DNA of 64,000 nucleotides, from NCBI GenBank assembly GCA_964601325.1, contig CAZRNA010000002.1:1454-65453 (forward strand), read 5' to 3'. Shown piece after piece: positions 1 through 9,290 of the stretch; position 1 is the stretch's first letter; every line of letters starts with the position of its first letter. A program made the position numbers and the translations under genes. The DNA comes from an uncultured Candidatus Bathyarchaeia archaeon. GTDB taxonomy: Archaea; Thermoproteota; Bathyarchaeia; 40CM-2-53-6. The notes beneath the pieces are model-generated. The model was not told the DNA's origin and ran no database searches. It was given only the letters and a program-made list of their open reading frames with translations.

Positions 1-914
1 AGCTGACCCGGAGCCCTAACAATCCGATCATTGAACCAAGACCCGAGATGGCATGGGAAAGCATGGCGACCTTCAACCCCGGCGCCGTGAGGAACGACGG
101 AATCACTCACATACTCTACAGGGCCGTCGACGAACACTGCATCTCGTCACTTGGCTATGCCGCAACAATAGATGGGGAAACGATCACAGACCGATCCACG
201 GAATCTGTCCTCTCCCAGGCTGGCCCCTGGGAAGAATGGGGCTGTGAAGATCCACGCATCACAGCTTTCGACGGAACATACTACGTTTTCTACACGGCGT
301 ATTCGCGACAAGGCCCACGAATCGCCTTGGCCTCGACAACTGATTTCAGGAACTTCAAACGCTACGGATTGATAGGTCCGGACTGCGACGACAAGGACTG
401 CGCCCTCTTCCCTGAACTCATAGACGGGCACGTCACTATTGTCCACAGAATAGCACCGAACATCGAGCTAGCGTTCTTAGACAGCATCGAGCAGATGGAG
501 ACATCAAACCCATACTGGAAGGACTACCTGAACCACATAGAGGCGAACACTATCATGAAGCCGCTGCGGGAGTGGGAAGAGAAGAAAGTTGGAATTGGCC
601 CGCCACCCATCCGAACCGAGGCCGGGTGGTTAGTCATCTATCACGGCGTGGATTCTCACGATGTGTACCATGCAGGGGCAGCCCTCCTCGATCTCGAAGA
701 CCCTCGCCGAGTGATCGCTCGAACTCCAGAACCTATCCTAGAACCGGAGGAGGAGTTCGAGAGAGTTGGAGTCGTGCCCAATGTAGTCTTCCCGGAAGGA
801 GCAGTCGTGATAAAGGATGAACTCAAAGTCTTCTACGGCGGAGCAGACAGAGTCTGCTGTGTCGCAAGTGTCCCGATGAAATTGCTCACAGAGGTCTTAG
901 AAGGTTACAGCTGA
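1..914 (+). CDS. GH130 family glycoside phosphorylase/hydrolase (DUF377), 5'-partial at window edge
   Basis: In-frame translation continues upstream of the ATG at 48 (LTRSPNNPIIEPRPE...), matching the GH130 N-terminus. Conserved blocks are present: FNPG, YRAV, YYVFYTAYSR.GPRIALA, LFPE, GIGPPPI.T..GWL.IYHGVD. It is a paralog of 16022..16936. Confidence 0.8.
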   Translation, partial: LTRSPNNPIIEPRPEMAWESMATFNPGAVRNDGITHILYRAVDEHCISSLGYAATIDGETITDRSTESVLSQAGPWEEWGCEDPRITAFDGTYYVFYTAYSRQGPRIALASTTDFRNFKRYGLIGPDCDDKDCALFPELIDGHVTIVHRIAPNIELAFLDSIEQMETSNPYWKDYLNHIEANTIMKPLREWEEKKVGIGPPPIRTEAGWLVIYHGVDSHDVYHAGAALLDLEDPRRVIARTPEPILEPEEEFERVGVVPNVVFPEGAVVIKDELKVFYGGADRVCCVASVPMKLLTEVLEGYS

Positions 915-916
915 GA

Positions 917-1915
917 TCAGTCCCTTGAGAAGCTCGTGATGGCGAGCAAATACGAGAGTATCGATTCAGCCCCCAGATTGAGGTTCACTCCCTCCTCTAT
1001 GAGGCCATCATAGCATCCACCGGTCCTCGAATCGTATACTGCCAGTCGCTTGAGATTGGAACCGCTGTACCAAGAAAGAGCAAGTGACGCCCAGTTTCGG
1101 TAACGTGTTTCTCCTGTCACGCGATACAGCCTATTGCACGCTTCAACAGTTGCACCTGCATCCACTGGCTGCTGATCGTAGAGCGCCCTGTCCCCGCCGA
1201 CTCGATACCAACCTTTGTTACCGACCGGAGCGAACACGCCATCAACAGTCTGAACACTCATTAGGAAATCCAGAGATTCAGAAGCGACCTTCAAGCATGC
1301 CGAGTCTCCACTGATCTCATGATGCGCTGCTAGACTTTCGGGGAGTCTAGCGTTATCATATGTTAAGCTCTCCTCGAACCACTTCCAACCCGGCCGGCTG
1401 ACTGCTTCGTACCAGCCGAGCAGTTGGTTCGCGAGCTTCGTCGCACCGTCACGGAGCTGTGAGTCAGGCTTCGTCTTGAGAAGCTCGCTTATCCCGAGAA
1501 GAAAATAGGCTTTGGCTCTTGGGGATGTTGCATCCAGTATCCACTGAAGCCCAGCCTTCAGGATGTTGTGCCCCCATCTCGGGTCAGAGCAGAGATCGGA
1601 AACTGCGTATGCACCTGCCGCCCAAGCAGCACGCCCCAGATGATCCCTGTTTGAAGGCGAGTCGCTGACGCTGCCAGTCTCACTCGTTTCATTGCTCCAG
1701 CGTCCATCTGGGCCTCGCATTTTGTCGAGGAAAGCGACATACTTACGCGCCAATGCCATTCGTTCCGAACGATCCATTATGCCCGAGGCACGGCAAACGA
1801 GAACGAGAGCGCGTGCGACATCATCGGTCGTGTACCCCGACGTGACATCAGGTATGGCACGTGGGGCGAACTGTATGATTCCCACTCGATCGTTCAGAGC
1901 TCTGAAGTGAGCCAA
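917..1915 (-). CDS. hypothetical protein, possibly an alpha/alpha-toroid (six-hairpin) glycosidase-like fold
   Basis: 332-aa ORF convergent with GH130 and adjacent to GT4. It is Trp/Gly-rich with no clear family match by eye, so the assignment is speculative. Confidence 0.35.
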   Translation of the reverse strand: MAHFRALNDRVGIIQFAPRAIPDVTSGYTTDDVARALVLVCRASGIMDRSERMALARKYVAFLDKMRGPDGRWSNETSETGSVSDSPSNRDHLGRAAWAAGAYAVSDLCSDPRWGHNILKAGLQWILDATSPRAKAYFLLGISELLKTKPDSQLRDGATKLANQLLGWYEAVSRPGWKWFEESLTYDNARLPESLAAHHEISGDSACLKVASESLDFLMSVQTVDGVFAPVGNKGWYRVGGDRALYDQQPVDAGATVEACNRLYRVTGETRYRNWASLALSWYSGSNLKRLAVYDSRTGGCYDGLIEEGVNLNLGAESILSYLLAITSFSRD

Positions 1916-2026
1916 GTTAACCGGCAGCTGCTGCAGTTGCTCTCACCATTGCATTCAACGCATTCCTACGTATTCTGGCATACGCTTTCGCCAGTCGAGT
2001 TATGATAGGCTGCTTCATCACGGGCT

Positions 2027-3652
2027 TCAGAGGCCGAGGGCATGGTAAAATACGTTGACGTAACTCATGGCCACGTTCGGCCATATCATGGCTCTGCTGT
2101 ACTCATAGGCAGTTCTAGCGAATTTCTGTTGAATCTGATCATCTTTGAGCAGCATATTCACGGATTTAGCAATGGAATTCGGATCCTTGAACTCGCATTC
2201 CAAGGCCGCACCATTGGCTATCACCTCTTCGGCGTGAAGAAACGGGGTTGTAACAATGGCTCTGCCTGTGCTCAAAGCGTATGAGAGTGTTCCACTGCTG
2301 ATCTGTTCCCGACTCGGGTATGGAAGAACATAGACATCGGTCGCCTGAAGATATCTGATCAACTCGTTTTCCGCTAGGAACCGGTTCACAAATCTGACAT
2401 TCTTCTCCAACCCTAGTGACTCGACCAGATCAAGGAGGAGTTGTCGGTACGATTCGCCTTCCCGTTTCCGGACTTCCGGATGCGTTTCCCCGATGATTAG
2501 ATACAGAACGGATGGATGCTCTCTCACTACCTGTGGGAGCGCGTTTATCACGTATTCTATTCCCTTTCCGCGACTGAGCAACCCAAAAGTCGATAGGACA
2601 ACTCGCTCCTTCAACCCCAAGCTTCTCTTCGTCATTGCAGTTCCAATGTAGGGAACATTTGGGCATCCGTGAGGTATGTATCGGATCCTATCTGCATGAC
2701 CTCCATAGAGTTGTTCCAGTATTCCTATTCCAGCCTGAGCCATTACAACGACAGAATCACTATGTTCAAGAATTCGTTCCAGCACACTTTTTGCGTCGGG
2801 AACCGGCTTCTCAAGAATTGTGTGCAGAGTGGTGACAACTGGTTTCTCAATTCTTTGCAGAAGACCTGTGACATACTCGCCCCATTCTCCGCCAAATATG
2901 CCATACTCATGCTGCAGATTCACAACATCCGCATCAGAATCATTGATGTACTGAGCGGCTTTCTCGTAGGATTGGATGTCATTTGCGTCGATCTGGGACT
3001 TCACTCGAATCTCGTAGTCATAGAGTCCGCCTCTGTCGTTGACTGCGATGACAGCTGGGGATGTCACGGCTCGTGCACAAAACGTGGAGATTGCGTCGAC
3101 CAAATGTTTGGTGTACGCAGCTATCCCGCATTCGCGAGGTGGATATGTGCTCACATACATGACTCTTATCTTATGGAGCTCATGACCATTCATCATCTGT
3201 AGAGGTTGAGGGCCTTTCATCACGTAGAAGCCGTGGGCGACCTCTAGCAGTCTCCTTTCCGTTGTGAGCCCAACGAGTGCGCCCTCTCTAGTAATGATCA
3301 GCCTTCTGATCCTGTGTCTACGCAACGTTTCCAAGGCATCTGCTATCGTTCGTTCGGCGTCGATCGTCACGAGAGGTTTGGACATTACATCCTTGGCAAG
3401 CGTTACGTCTAGGTTTTTCCCAGGACTGATGACTTTCTGCAACACATCTTTCTCAGTGATTATGCCCACCGGTTGGTCGTTTTCGACAACAACTATGGAT
3501 CCGACATTTTCCTTTGTCATCAAATCCATTATTGTTGAGGCTGTGTCTGTAGGGGAGGCCGTTGGCGGAGCAGATCTCATGTTTGTCTCTACGGGTAGGC
3601 TCAGAACCTCTTTCGAGAATGCCCCTGTTTCATCCATTTGTCTCGCGTGCAC
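2027..3652 (-). CDS. CBS-pair domain fused to GT4 (group 1) glycosyltransferase
   Basis: The N-terminal ~130 aa carry two CBS motifs (VGSIVVVENDQPVGIITEKDV, RIRRLIITREGALVGLTT). The C-terminal GT-B/GT4 part has EYGIFGG and a GETHPE..RKREGE block. It is a paralog of 19789..21408. Confidence 0.8.
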   Translation of the reverse strand: MHARQMDETGAFSKEVLSLPVETNMRSAPPTASPTDTASTIMDLMTKENVGSIVVVENDQPVGIITEKDVLQKVISPGKNLDVTLAKDVMSKPLVTIDAERTIADALETLRRHRIRRLIITREGALVGLTTERRLLEVAHGFYVMKGPQPLQMMNGHELHKIRVMYVSTYPPRECGIAAYTKHLVDAISTFCARAVTSPAVIAVNDRGGLYDYEIRVKSQIDANDIQSYEKAAQYINDSDADVVNLQHEYGIFGGEWGEYVTGLLQRIEKPVVTTLHTILEKPVPDAKSVLERILEHSDSVVVMAQAGIGILEQLYGGHADRIRYIPHGCPNVPYIGTAMTKRSLGLKERVVLSTFGLLSRGKGIEYVINALPQVVREHPSVLYLIIGETHPEVRKREGESYRQLLLDLVESLGLEKNVRFVNRFLAENELIRYLQATDVYVLPYPSREQISSGTLSYALSTGRAIVTTPFLHAEEVIANGAALECEFKDPNSIAKSVNMLLKDDQIQQKFARTAYEYSRAMIWPNVAMSYVNVFYHALGL

Positions 3653-3667
3653 TCTTTGGTGTCTTAG

Positions 3668-3676
3668 CTATTTATC
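3668..3676 (-). promoter_or_regulatory. TATA-like box (GATAAAT on the minus strand) upstream of CBS-GT4 copy 1
   Basis: An AT-rich heptamer sits ~17-23 nt upstream of the annotated ATG. The same heptamer is found in the same position upstream of the paralog at 21431..21437. The spacing suggests a leaderless or short-leader transcript. Confidence 0.35.
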
Positions 3677-3786
3677 CTGTCTTCAAGTGAACGAGGAACA
3701 TTAGAAGAGACGATTATTCTCGTGCATGTGCGCGCCAAGGGTGCCATAAGCTCCTGATTCGATTTCCGTGTCGACACAGTGCCTTC

Positions 3787-3984
3787 ATGGGTCATACCAA
3801 GATCCCCCTTCACAATGTCGTAACACTATTGTGTAACGTGTTGGATTATGTTGGGTTGTGGAGACTAATGCAGCAATCTCCATCTCGTCGCGGCTTGCCG
3901 ATAAACCCCCTCTGGGCCCTCGTATGGGCGCTCATCCTTTTCGTCATCTTCATAATAGTGATGGCTTGGTCAATGAGCAGGTAG
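3787..3984 (+). CDS. small hypothetical membrane protein (65 aa, C-terminal TM helix)
   Basis: ORF with a hydrophobic C-terminal segment (LWALVWALILFVIFIIVMAW). It is co-directional with and just upstream of the Zn-ribbon ORF and the SRPBCC gene. Confidence 0.25.
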   Translation: MGHTKIPLHNVVTLLCNVLDYVGLWRLMQQSPSRRGLPINPLWALVWALILFVIFIIVMAWSMSR

Positions 3985-4083
3985 AATCAGGATCAGGACT
4001 GGCAAAGCCTCAATACCGTCGCCATGCACATGTTCCGTGTGATAGCTATGCAAGACGCTCGTGCTAGAAAGCTCTATGAGCAG

Positions 4084-4185
4084 ATGCAATGCGTCAAATG
4101 TGGCAGACGCCTACGGTACGATCCACTGTTAGGAAAAGTGTGCTCAGGCTGCTACGCAGCACAAGAATACTGCCACTGCCGTTGA
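4084..4185 (+). CDS. small zinc-ribbon protein (33 aa)
   Basis: Hand-translated: MQCVKCGRRLRYDPLLGKVCSGCYAAQEYCHCR. Two CxxC pairs are spaced as in a zinc ribbon. The ORF ends 6 nt before the SRPBCC start. It is below the ORF-track length cutoff. Confidence 0.35.
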   Translation: MQCVKCGRRLRYDPLLGKVCSGCYAAQEYCHCR

Positions 4186-4191
4186 AAAAGT

Positions 4192-4653
4192 GTGGTGGGA
4201 AATCAACTGTTGGGCACAAGGCACACTTATCATGTTACAAAAGTGATCAACGCTCCTCTCAAGTTCGTCTACAATTGGTGTGTTGATTATAGAGAGGACG
4301 ACCCCAAGATCTGGGGTTCGAAGACGAAGAGAATCATTCTGCAGAAGACGAAGCAGCGGGTAATCTACATGTCCACCTCCAGACGACGGGGGAAGACAAG
4401 CAGCTCCGTCCGCATCGTGACACTCAAGCCGCCTAACGCTTGGCACTTGGACTTGGCTGGACAGGAAAACGATGAGATCGGCGACTACCACTTGACGAGC
4501 CTCGGTCTCAGAAAGACGAAATTGGAGATCACATTCAAGACAAAATACAAAATCGCTAATGCACCCACCAAAGAAAAAGACACGAAAGAAACGAACGAAG
4601 TCTGGGACAAGTACATAGCGGCACTCGAAAGAGATTACAAACGCAGTAGATGA
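4192..4653 (+). CDS. SRPBCC (Bet v1/START-like, polyketide-cyclase-like) domain protein
   Basis: The N-terminal motif VINAPLKFVYNWCVDY is typical of the SRPBCC superfamily. Length is 153 aa. Confidence 0.5.
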   Translation: MVGNQLLGTRHTYHVTKVINAPLKFVYNWCVDYREDDPKIWGSKTKRIILQKTKQRVIYMSTSRRRGKTSSSVRIVTLKPPNAWHLDLAGQENDEIGDYHLTSLGLRKTKLEITFKTKYKIANAPTKEKDTKETNEVWDKYIAALERDYKRSR

Positions 4654-4740
4654 CGCAAGAACCAACACCGTTAGGCCTCAACAGTCATATGTGCGCACAG
4701 GAGCCCTAGACACGAGGGCCCGCCCGCACAAATTGGTTCT

Positions 4741-4971
4741 CTACGCTTCACTTGGTATGCGATAGTCTTGCTTGGCTATCCTCTTAGCCCTCTGCACTCG
4801 TTTGGGATCGGACGATCTGACATCATCTAGCAATTGTTGGATTCTGAGTCGTTTCTCCATGTCGTGTGACTCGTGTTGTTCAACATGAAGCAGTAGTTGT
4901 TGAAGCTCGTGTTCAACTCGTCTTTGAGGCGAAACTGACATTTTCTCCACAGCGAGAGAGTGGCGTTTCAC
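4741..4971 (-). CDS. hypothetical small coiled-coil protein
   Basis: 76-aa ORF, charged and helical in composition, with no recognisable family. Confidence 0.25.
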   Translation of the reverse strand: MKRHSLAVEKMSVSPQRRVEHELQQLLLHVEQHESHDMEKRLRIQQLLDDVRSSDPKRVQRAKRIAKQDYRIPSEA

Positions 4972-5110
4972 GATTTATGATTTGAGGCGCCAGCCCTCGT
5001 TATCCATTGCATGACATACCCCCGCCCGGCAGAGCCGTACTGGGTATCGAAGAGAATGTGAACGTTTTCTCGTGTCCGTTTGAACTAGGTTACCCACTTA
5101 GGCTTTTGGG

Positions 5111-5698
5111 TTAGATCATTATGGCGGTGGCGATTGCTGTCGTCCACAGTCCATCTTTGTGGCCTTCTGCCGATTGGCAGACGTTTCTGGTAGTGACCCT
5201 CTTGCCTGATATGTTCCATATCTCCTCCTTAATGTCCCAAGCGTTGTCAAGGTCAAACGGTACGCCGAGTGTCGATGCAAGCATTGAAGCAGCCAGATCT
5301 TCGGCGTAGTCACCAGCTTTCTCCTGCGTCTGGCCATACGACGTGTGTTCAGAAAGGTAACCATACACTGTTCTGTCGTATGGAAGTGCCATTCCAATGG
5401 CTGCGGCCATTAGCCTATTCGGTTCATTCGTGTCAATTCGGCCCATTACGCAGTACAGTATCTGGCCGGGTTTCAAAAGCGCCAAGCCCTCGTTCCTCGA
5501 CAACACGGCGCAGTCGGGAGGCACGATGCTTGACACGTAGACTAGGTTGCAGGAGGCCATGCCCGCGTCGCGAAGAGCCAATTCGAAACTTGCCAGTCTC
5601 TCTTTGTGGGTACCCACACCTTTTGTGAGGAATATCTTCTCCGGAATGTTGACGTTCATATGAGATTCGACCAACAATGTTTGGCAGACATTCTTCAA
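5111..5698 (-). CDS. pdaD: pyruvoyl-dependent arginine decarboxylase
   Basis: The size (195 aa) and motifs ([20 protein letters not shown] with the Ser-Ser self-cleavage site, GQTQE) match the archaeal PdaD family. Confidence 0.8.
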   Translation of the reverse strand: MKNVCQTLLVESHMNVNIPEKIFLTKGVGTHKERLASFELALRDAGMASCNLVYVSSIVPPDCAVLSRNEGLALLKPGQILYCVMGRIDTNEPNRLMAAAIGMALPYDRTVYGYLSEHTSYGQTQEKAGDYAEDLAASMLASTLGVPFDLDNAWDIKEEIWNISGKRVTTRNVCQSAEGHKDGLWTTAIATAIMI

Positions 5699-5787
5699 GA
5701 TTGTTATTGCTTACGACGCGCTACATGCGTTCACGATCGACAGTTGCCCAAGATCGTTCCTGCTGACGCGTACAGCTTCCAATTGGG

Positions 5788-6072
5788 CTATAGTCTTCGC
5801 TCTTTGAGCAACCTTTCAAGAAGTACTGGCAGGTCTTCATGGTTCTTCGCAGCTTGATCATTCAAGCTGACTTGCTGCTCTCGAGTAAGAAGCTGCCACG
5901 AGTGGGCGATCTCGTCGCTGGTCTCGTAAGTGTGAATCCCACCTGGTCTTCTGTCGTGTCGGCGAACGACCGCATTGATCCTTGCCATAAGCGGACATAG
6001 GTCGGCGAGGCTCATAAGGTCTCGGTTCACACCGGCGGACAATTCTTTCTGTTCCCTCTGAATATGAAACAC
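5788..6072 (-). CDS. hypothetical protein
   Basis: 94-aa ORF starting 1 nt after the upstream secreted-protein ORF, so probably co-transcribed with it. Confidence 0.3.
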   Translation of the reverse strand: MFHIQREQKELSAGVNRDLMSLADLCPLMARINAVVRRHDRRPGGIHTYETSDEIAHSWQLLTREQQVSLNDQAAKNHEDLPVLLERLLKERRL

Positions 6073-6073
6073 C

Positions 6074-6370
6074 TTAGAATAGCCAATGTATCTTCAACTG
6101 ACGTACCTTCACGGCTTTCTGCAATTCCTCTGGAATAAGTCCATTCTGAGACGATTGACTGGCTAGAACAAGATGTTTGATCTCTTGTTTATAGCTGGCA
6201 GCATGGCTAGTGATCATGAAGTTCGTAGTGATGACACTTCTAGCAACATGCAAGAAATGCGGCAGCCTTGTCTTCTCAGCGGGATTGCTTTCTGAGAGCG
6301 GCCTTTGTGTTGACTGTGCGAGAATGGAGGCGGCCAAGAGAATGAGCCTCACGCTAGATTGAATGGTCAA
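6074..6370 (-). CDS. hypothetical secreted/membrane-anchored protein
   Basis: The N-terminus has a hydrophobic signal-like segment (RLILLAASILAQS). Length is 98 aa. Confidence 0.3.
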   Translation of the reverse strand: MTIQSSVRLILLAASILAQSTQRPLSESNPAEKTRLPHFLHVARSVITTNFMITSHAASYKQEIKHLVLASQSSQNGLIPEELQKAVKVRQLKIHWLF

Positions 6371-6507
6371 GCGCCTACGGTCCAGGCAACGTAATCTCCA
6401 GCGTGACCGTGTGTGACCCAGACTGCCAAATCATATATTGATTCGCACTGCTCTAAGTTGAGCAGGGGGAATGAAGAACGAGTGCACTTTGCGACAAGAT
6501 TCTTGCC

Positions 6508-6825
6508 ATGGACAGGAGGATTGGATTCGCAATGGTCACGAAACTTGACGGAGAGATCCTTGAGTCAAGGATGCTTGGGAAACCACTAATGTCGAAAGAA
6601 GCCGTGGCTAGTTTCGCGGGATTATGGGCGGCGGTTATCCAGGGAATCGTTGTTCAGATGGAGACATATTTCGGCAAGTCGGAGACCCTTTCCCTTGGCT
6701 ATGAGAAACTCAATGTGCACGGATTCAAGGTAAAGGATAGAATCGTCGTGATTACGACTAGGAAAGACGTCCCTCTCGAAATCGTTCTCGGCGTCAAGAA
6801 GACCCTACAAACAGAAGCTGCATAG
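6508..6825 (+). CDS. Roadblock/LC7 (MglB-like) domain protein
   Basis: ~105 aa with the typical pattern (GFAMVTKLDGEIL...AVASFAGLWAAV...IVVITTRKD). No adjacent MglA-like GTPase. Confidence 0.55.
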   Translation: MDRRIGFAMVTKLDGEILESRMLGKPLMSKEAVASFAGLWAAVIQGIVVQMETYFGKSETLSLGYEKLNVHGFKVKDRIVVITTRKDVPLEIVLGVKKTLQTEAA

Positions 6826-6882
6826 GCATCTCTATCTCGCGTGCATGTCTGCTTGGTGTTGCCGCAACGATCGGCATGAGGA

Positions 6883-7572
6883 CTAGTGTTTCTTCTTTCT
6901 CAGCCTTCTCCGGACAGGAGCGCTACTGAGTTCCTTCATCGCATCCGAGGCGACCCATCGGGCTGTGCTTGAATCAATTTGCAGCATCTCCTTGGCAGTC
7001 CTCATGGCAGCCTTGTTCAGATTCAAGTTTCTTTTCCCGATGTTCCTCAACGCCCAGCTCACAGCCTTCTTCACGAAATTACGCTTGTCCGTCGCTCCCC
7101 GTTTCACCACTGGGAGTAGCTTGATGAATTCGACGTCCTTTGCGTCCTTGTCATGCCACGCCAAGCAGGCTAATAGAGCATAAGCCGTCCTTTTGGTGAA
7201 CTCCTCTTCTCGTTCGGACCAATCCATGACCTTCTTCCAAGCGAGAGGGCCTTTCTCGAAGAGGTTCTGGCATACTTGATCACATACGTCCCAAGAATTG
7301 ATATCTCTCACCCAATCCTCCATCTGAGCCTCCGACAACTTGTCAGGCTCGTCAACCATCGACGCCAGGATCCTCGCTTCAGGTATACCCGTCTCCCACA
7401 GCTGAATCGCGAGTTTGTGATCCTTTCCTAGCTCCTTCGACATCTGTCGCATGTTAGGGATCGATACGCCCAATCTCCTCTCGGTGACCATCCCGAACCG
7501 CGCCATTCCTTCCAGCTGATCAGGTCCGGCCTTGGCCTCCAGTCTCCTGATGACCTCCTCCACGGAAACCAT
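6883..7572 (-). CDS. DNA alkylation repair enzyme (AlkD/AlkC-like HEAT-repeat glycosylase family)
   Basis: 229 aa with motifs typical of Pfam DNA_alkylation (RFGM..R.LGVSIPNMRQ, LW..G..EARILA, WD.CD, VSWALRNIGKRN). Confidence 0.6.
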   Translation of the reverse strand: MVSVEEVIRRLEAKAGPDQLEGMARFGMVTERRLGVSIPNMRQMSKELGKDHKLAIQLWETGIPEARILASMVDEPDKLSEAQMEDWVRDINSWDVCDQVCQNLFEKGPLAWKKVMDWSEREEEFTKRTAYALLACLAWHDKDAKDVEFIKLLPVVKRGATDKRNFVKKAVSWALRNIGKRNLNLNKAAMRTAKEMLQIDSSTARWVASDAMKELSSAPVRRRLRKKKH

Positions 7573-7639
7573 TCCTAGTCTTTCCTTCCGATTACTTCCA
7601 AGGATTCGTTGGCCTTATCATCCAGTCCAAGGATTGTCT

Positions 7640-8845
7640 CTAGCGTCTCTTTCTCGGGATCTGCGCAAGCGCTGTGACCAAGGTTGTCGCGATGACGACA
7701 GTTCCTGCAACTGGGTAGATGAGCGCTCTCGCAGCACCGGTGGAAAACGCCTCACGCGCAATGATAAAACTGAATTCTCCACGTGGAGTCATTCCAATCG
7801 CAACCTCATTTGCGTCTTGCCGTCTCGCCGACAGAATCATCCCTAAGTAGGAACCTGAGTATTTTCCGAATAATGCCAACCCAAGAACAGGCAAGACAAC
7901 GCTGGCGTTGAGGAATTGTGACGGATCGACAAGCATGCCCATCGAAACGAAGAAGATAACGAGGAACAGATCGCGAATTGGGCGTATCTTGTCATGCACA
8001 AACTTTGCCCGTTTTCCACGAATGGTGAGCCCCATCAGAAATGCACCTGTCGCGGCAGAGAACCCTAGCAGGGAGGACAAGACTGCCATGGCAAATCCGA
8101 GACTTATCGACAGAAGGAATCCCGCCTCATCCAGATCCATATCAAGCTGACTAATCCTATCGATCACGCGGGGAGCTACGTAGACTCCCAAGATGAATAT
8201 GAGACCAATCAACAGAATGCCGCGCATGACCCACGCACCCATCCCCGACCATACTGTGGAGCCACCTGACGCGAGACTTGGCAGGAGGGACAAAACGATG
8301 ACTGCGAGTATGTCCTCGATGATCAACGCGCTCATAATCATACGTACATAGCTCTCGGTGGCGGCTCCACGTTCGTAGAGCATCTTCGCCACGAGAGCGG
8401 TGCTACTGACACCGGTAACCCAAGCGAGAAGGATACTTTCGAGAAATGACCATCCTAGTATGAAACCGGCAAGTAGTCCCGCAGCGAAAGAAATGGTAAT
8501 CTCCGTGAGTGAGAAGACAAGGACTCTTGCTTTCATAGTCATAAGTTTAGCTGGATCAAGTTCGAGTCCGATGATGAATAGAAGCAGGACGATGCCAATC
8601 TCTGCCATTCCTTCGATGGTAGTGAGATTCGTGACGAGTCTGAAGGCGTATGGTCCAATGATCATGCCCGCAATGAGTTGCCCCAGCGCTGCGGGGAGGC
8701 GAAGTGCCCAAGCAACCAAACTCAGCGCTAGAGCCGAACCCGCAATGATCCCCAGCTCAACTAGAAGCGACATGTCCGTGGGCAAGGCTGGCAGAGACCA
8801 ATGGTACTCCATGTTACTTGAAGCTTGAGTTCCTGACTCACACAC
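7640..8845 (-). CDS. CPA2-family cation:proton antiporter (Kef/NapA-like membrane domain)
   Basis: 401-aa polytopic membrane protein with sodium/hydrogen-exchanger family blocks (LGIIAGSALALSL..., PRGEFSFIIA). Confidence 0.7.
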   Translation of the reverse strand: MCESGTQASSNMEYHWSLPALPTDMSLLVELGIIAGSALALSLVAWALRLPAALGQLIAGMIIGPYAFRLVTNLTTIEGMAEIGIVLLLFIIGLELDPAKLMTMKARVLVFSLTEITISFAAGLLAGFILGWSFLESILLAWVTGVSSTALVAKMLYERGAATESYVRMIMSALIIEDILAVIVLSLLPSLASGGSTVWSGMGAWVMRGILLIGLIFILGVYVAPRVIDRISQLDMDLDEAGFLLSISLGFAMAVLSSLLGFSAATGAFLMGLTIRGKRAKFVHDKIRPIRDLFLVIFFVSMGMLVDPSQFLNASVVLPVLGLALFGKYSGSYLGMILSARRQDANEVAIGMTPRGEFSFIIAREAFSTGAARALIYPVAGTVVIATTLVTALAQIPRKRR

Positions 8846-9290
8846 ATGACAACTCTATCTCCAAAGAAGGCGAAAACTGAATTGCGGAAGGTTTCAGCTA
8901 GCTGTGTTGGGGTATGGTGGCGTCGTCGTTCATGGTGTACGAGCCACTTCATCCGGGCGTCGCAATTTGAACCGTCGTCCGCCGACTCGACATGAGCCAG
9001 CATGGCAAGGCAGCCTACGAGTAATTCGAACTCGTGCGGAGACAGTAGAAAACGTCTGCATCTCCGCTCTGCAGCAAAGATCCTACACCAATTTCGCTGC
9101 AAACAGAGTGTGTACAATGGTACTCTTCAACCAAGACCGGCTTCTTGAAGTCGAGGCGGAGGCTGGAGTCCTCTAGTTCCAAGGGAGCTAGCTTGCCTAG
9201 ACTGAAAACGACTTAACAACAACCTTCGACCTAAGGAGAGCCGAGGCGTGTAGTCTGAACGTTGAAATTGCGCCACTCTTCTACAGTAGC

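Noticed and set aside
8761-9176. ORFs 8761..9117 (-) and 8904..9176 (+) in the 440-nt divergent intergenic region between the CPA2 gene and the membrane-protein gene
   Set aside because: They overlap each other on opposite strands and show no family signal. The region more likely holds divergent promoters. A small hairpin (CGAGT-AATTCGAA-ACTCG, ~9020..9040) was noted but not interpreted.
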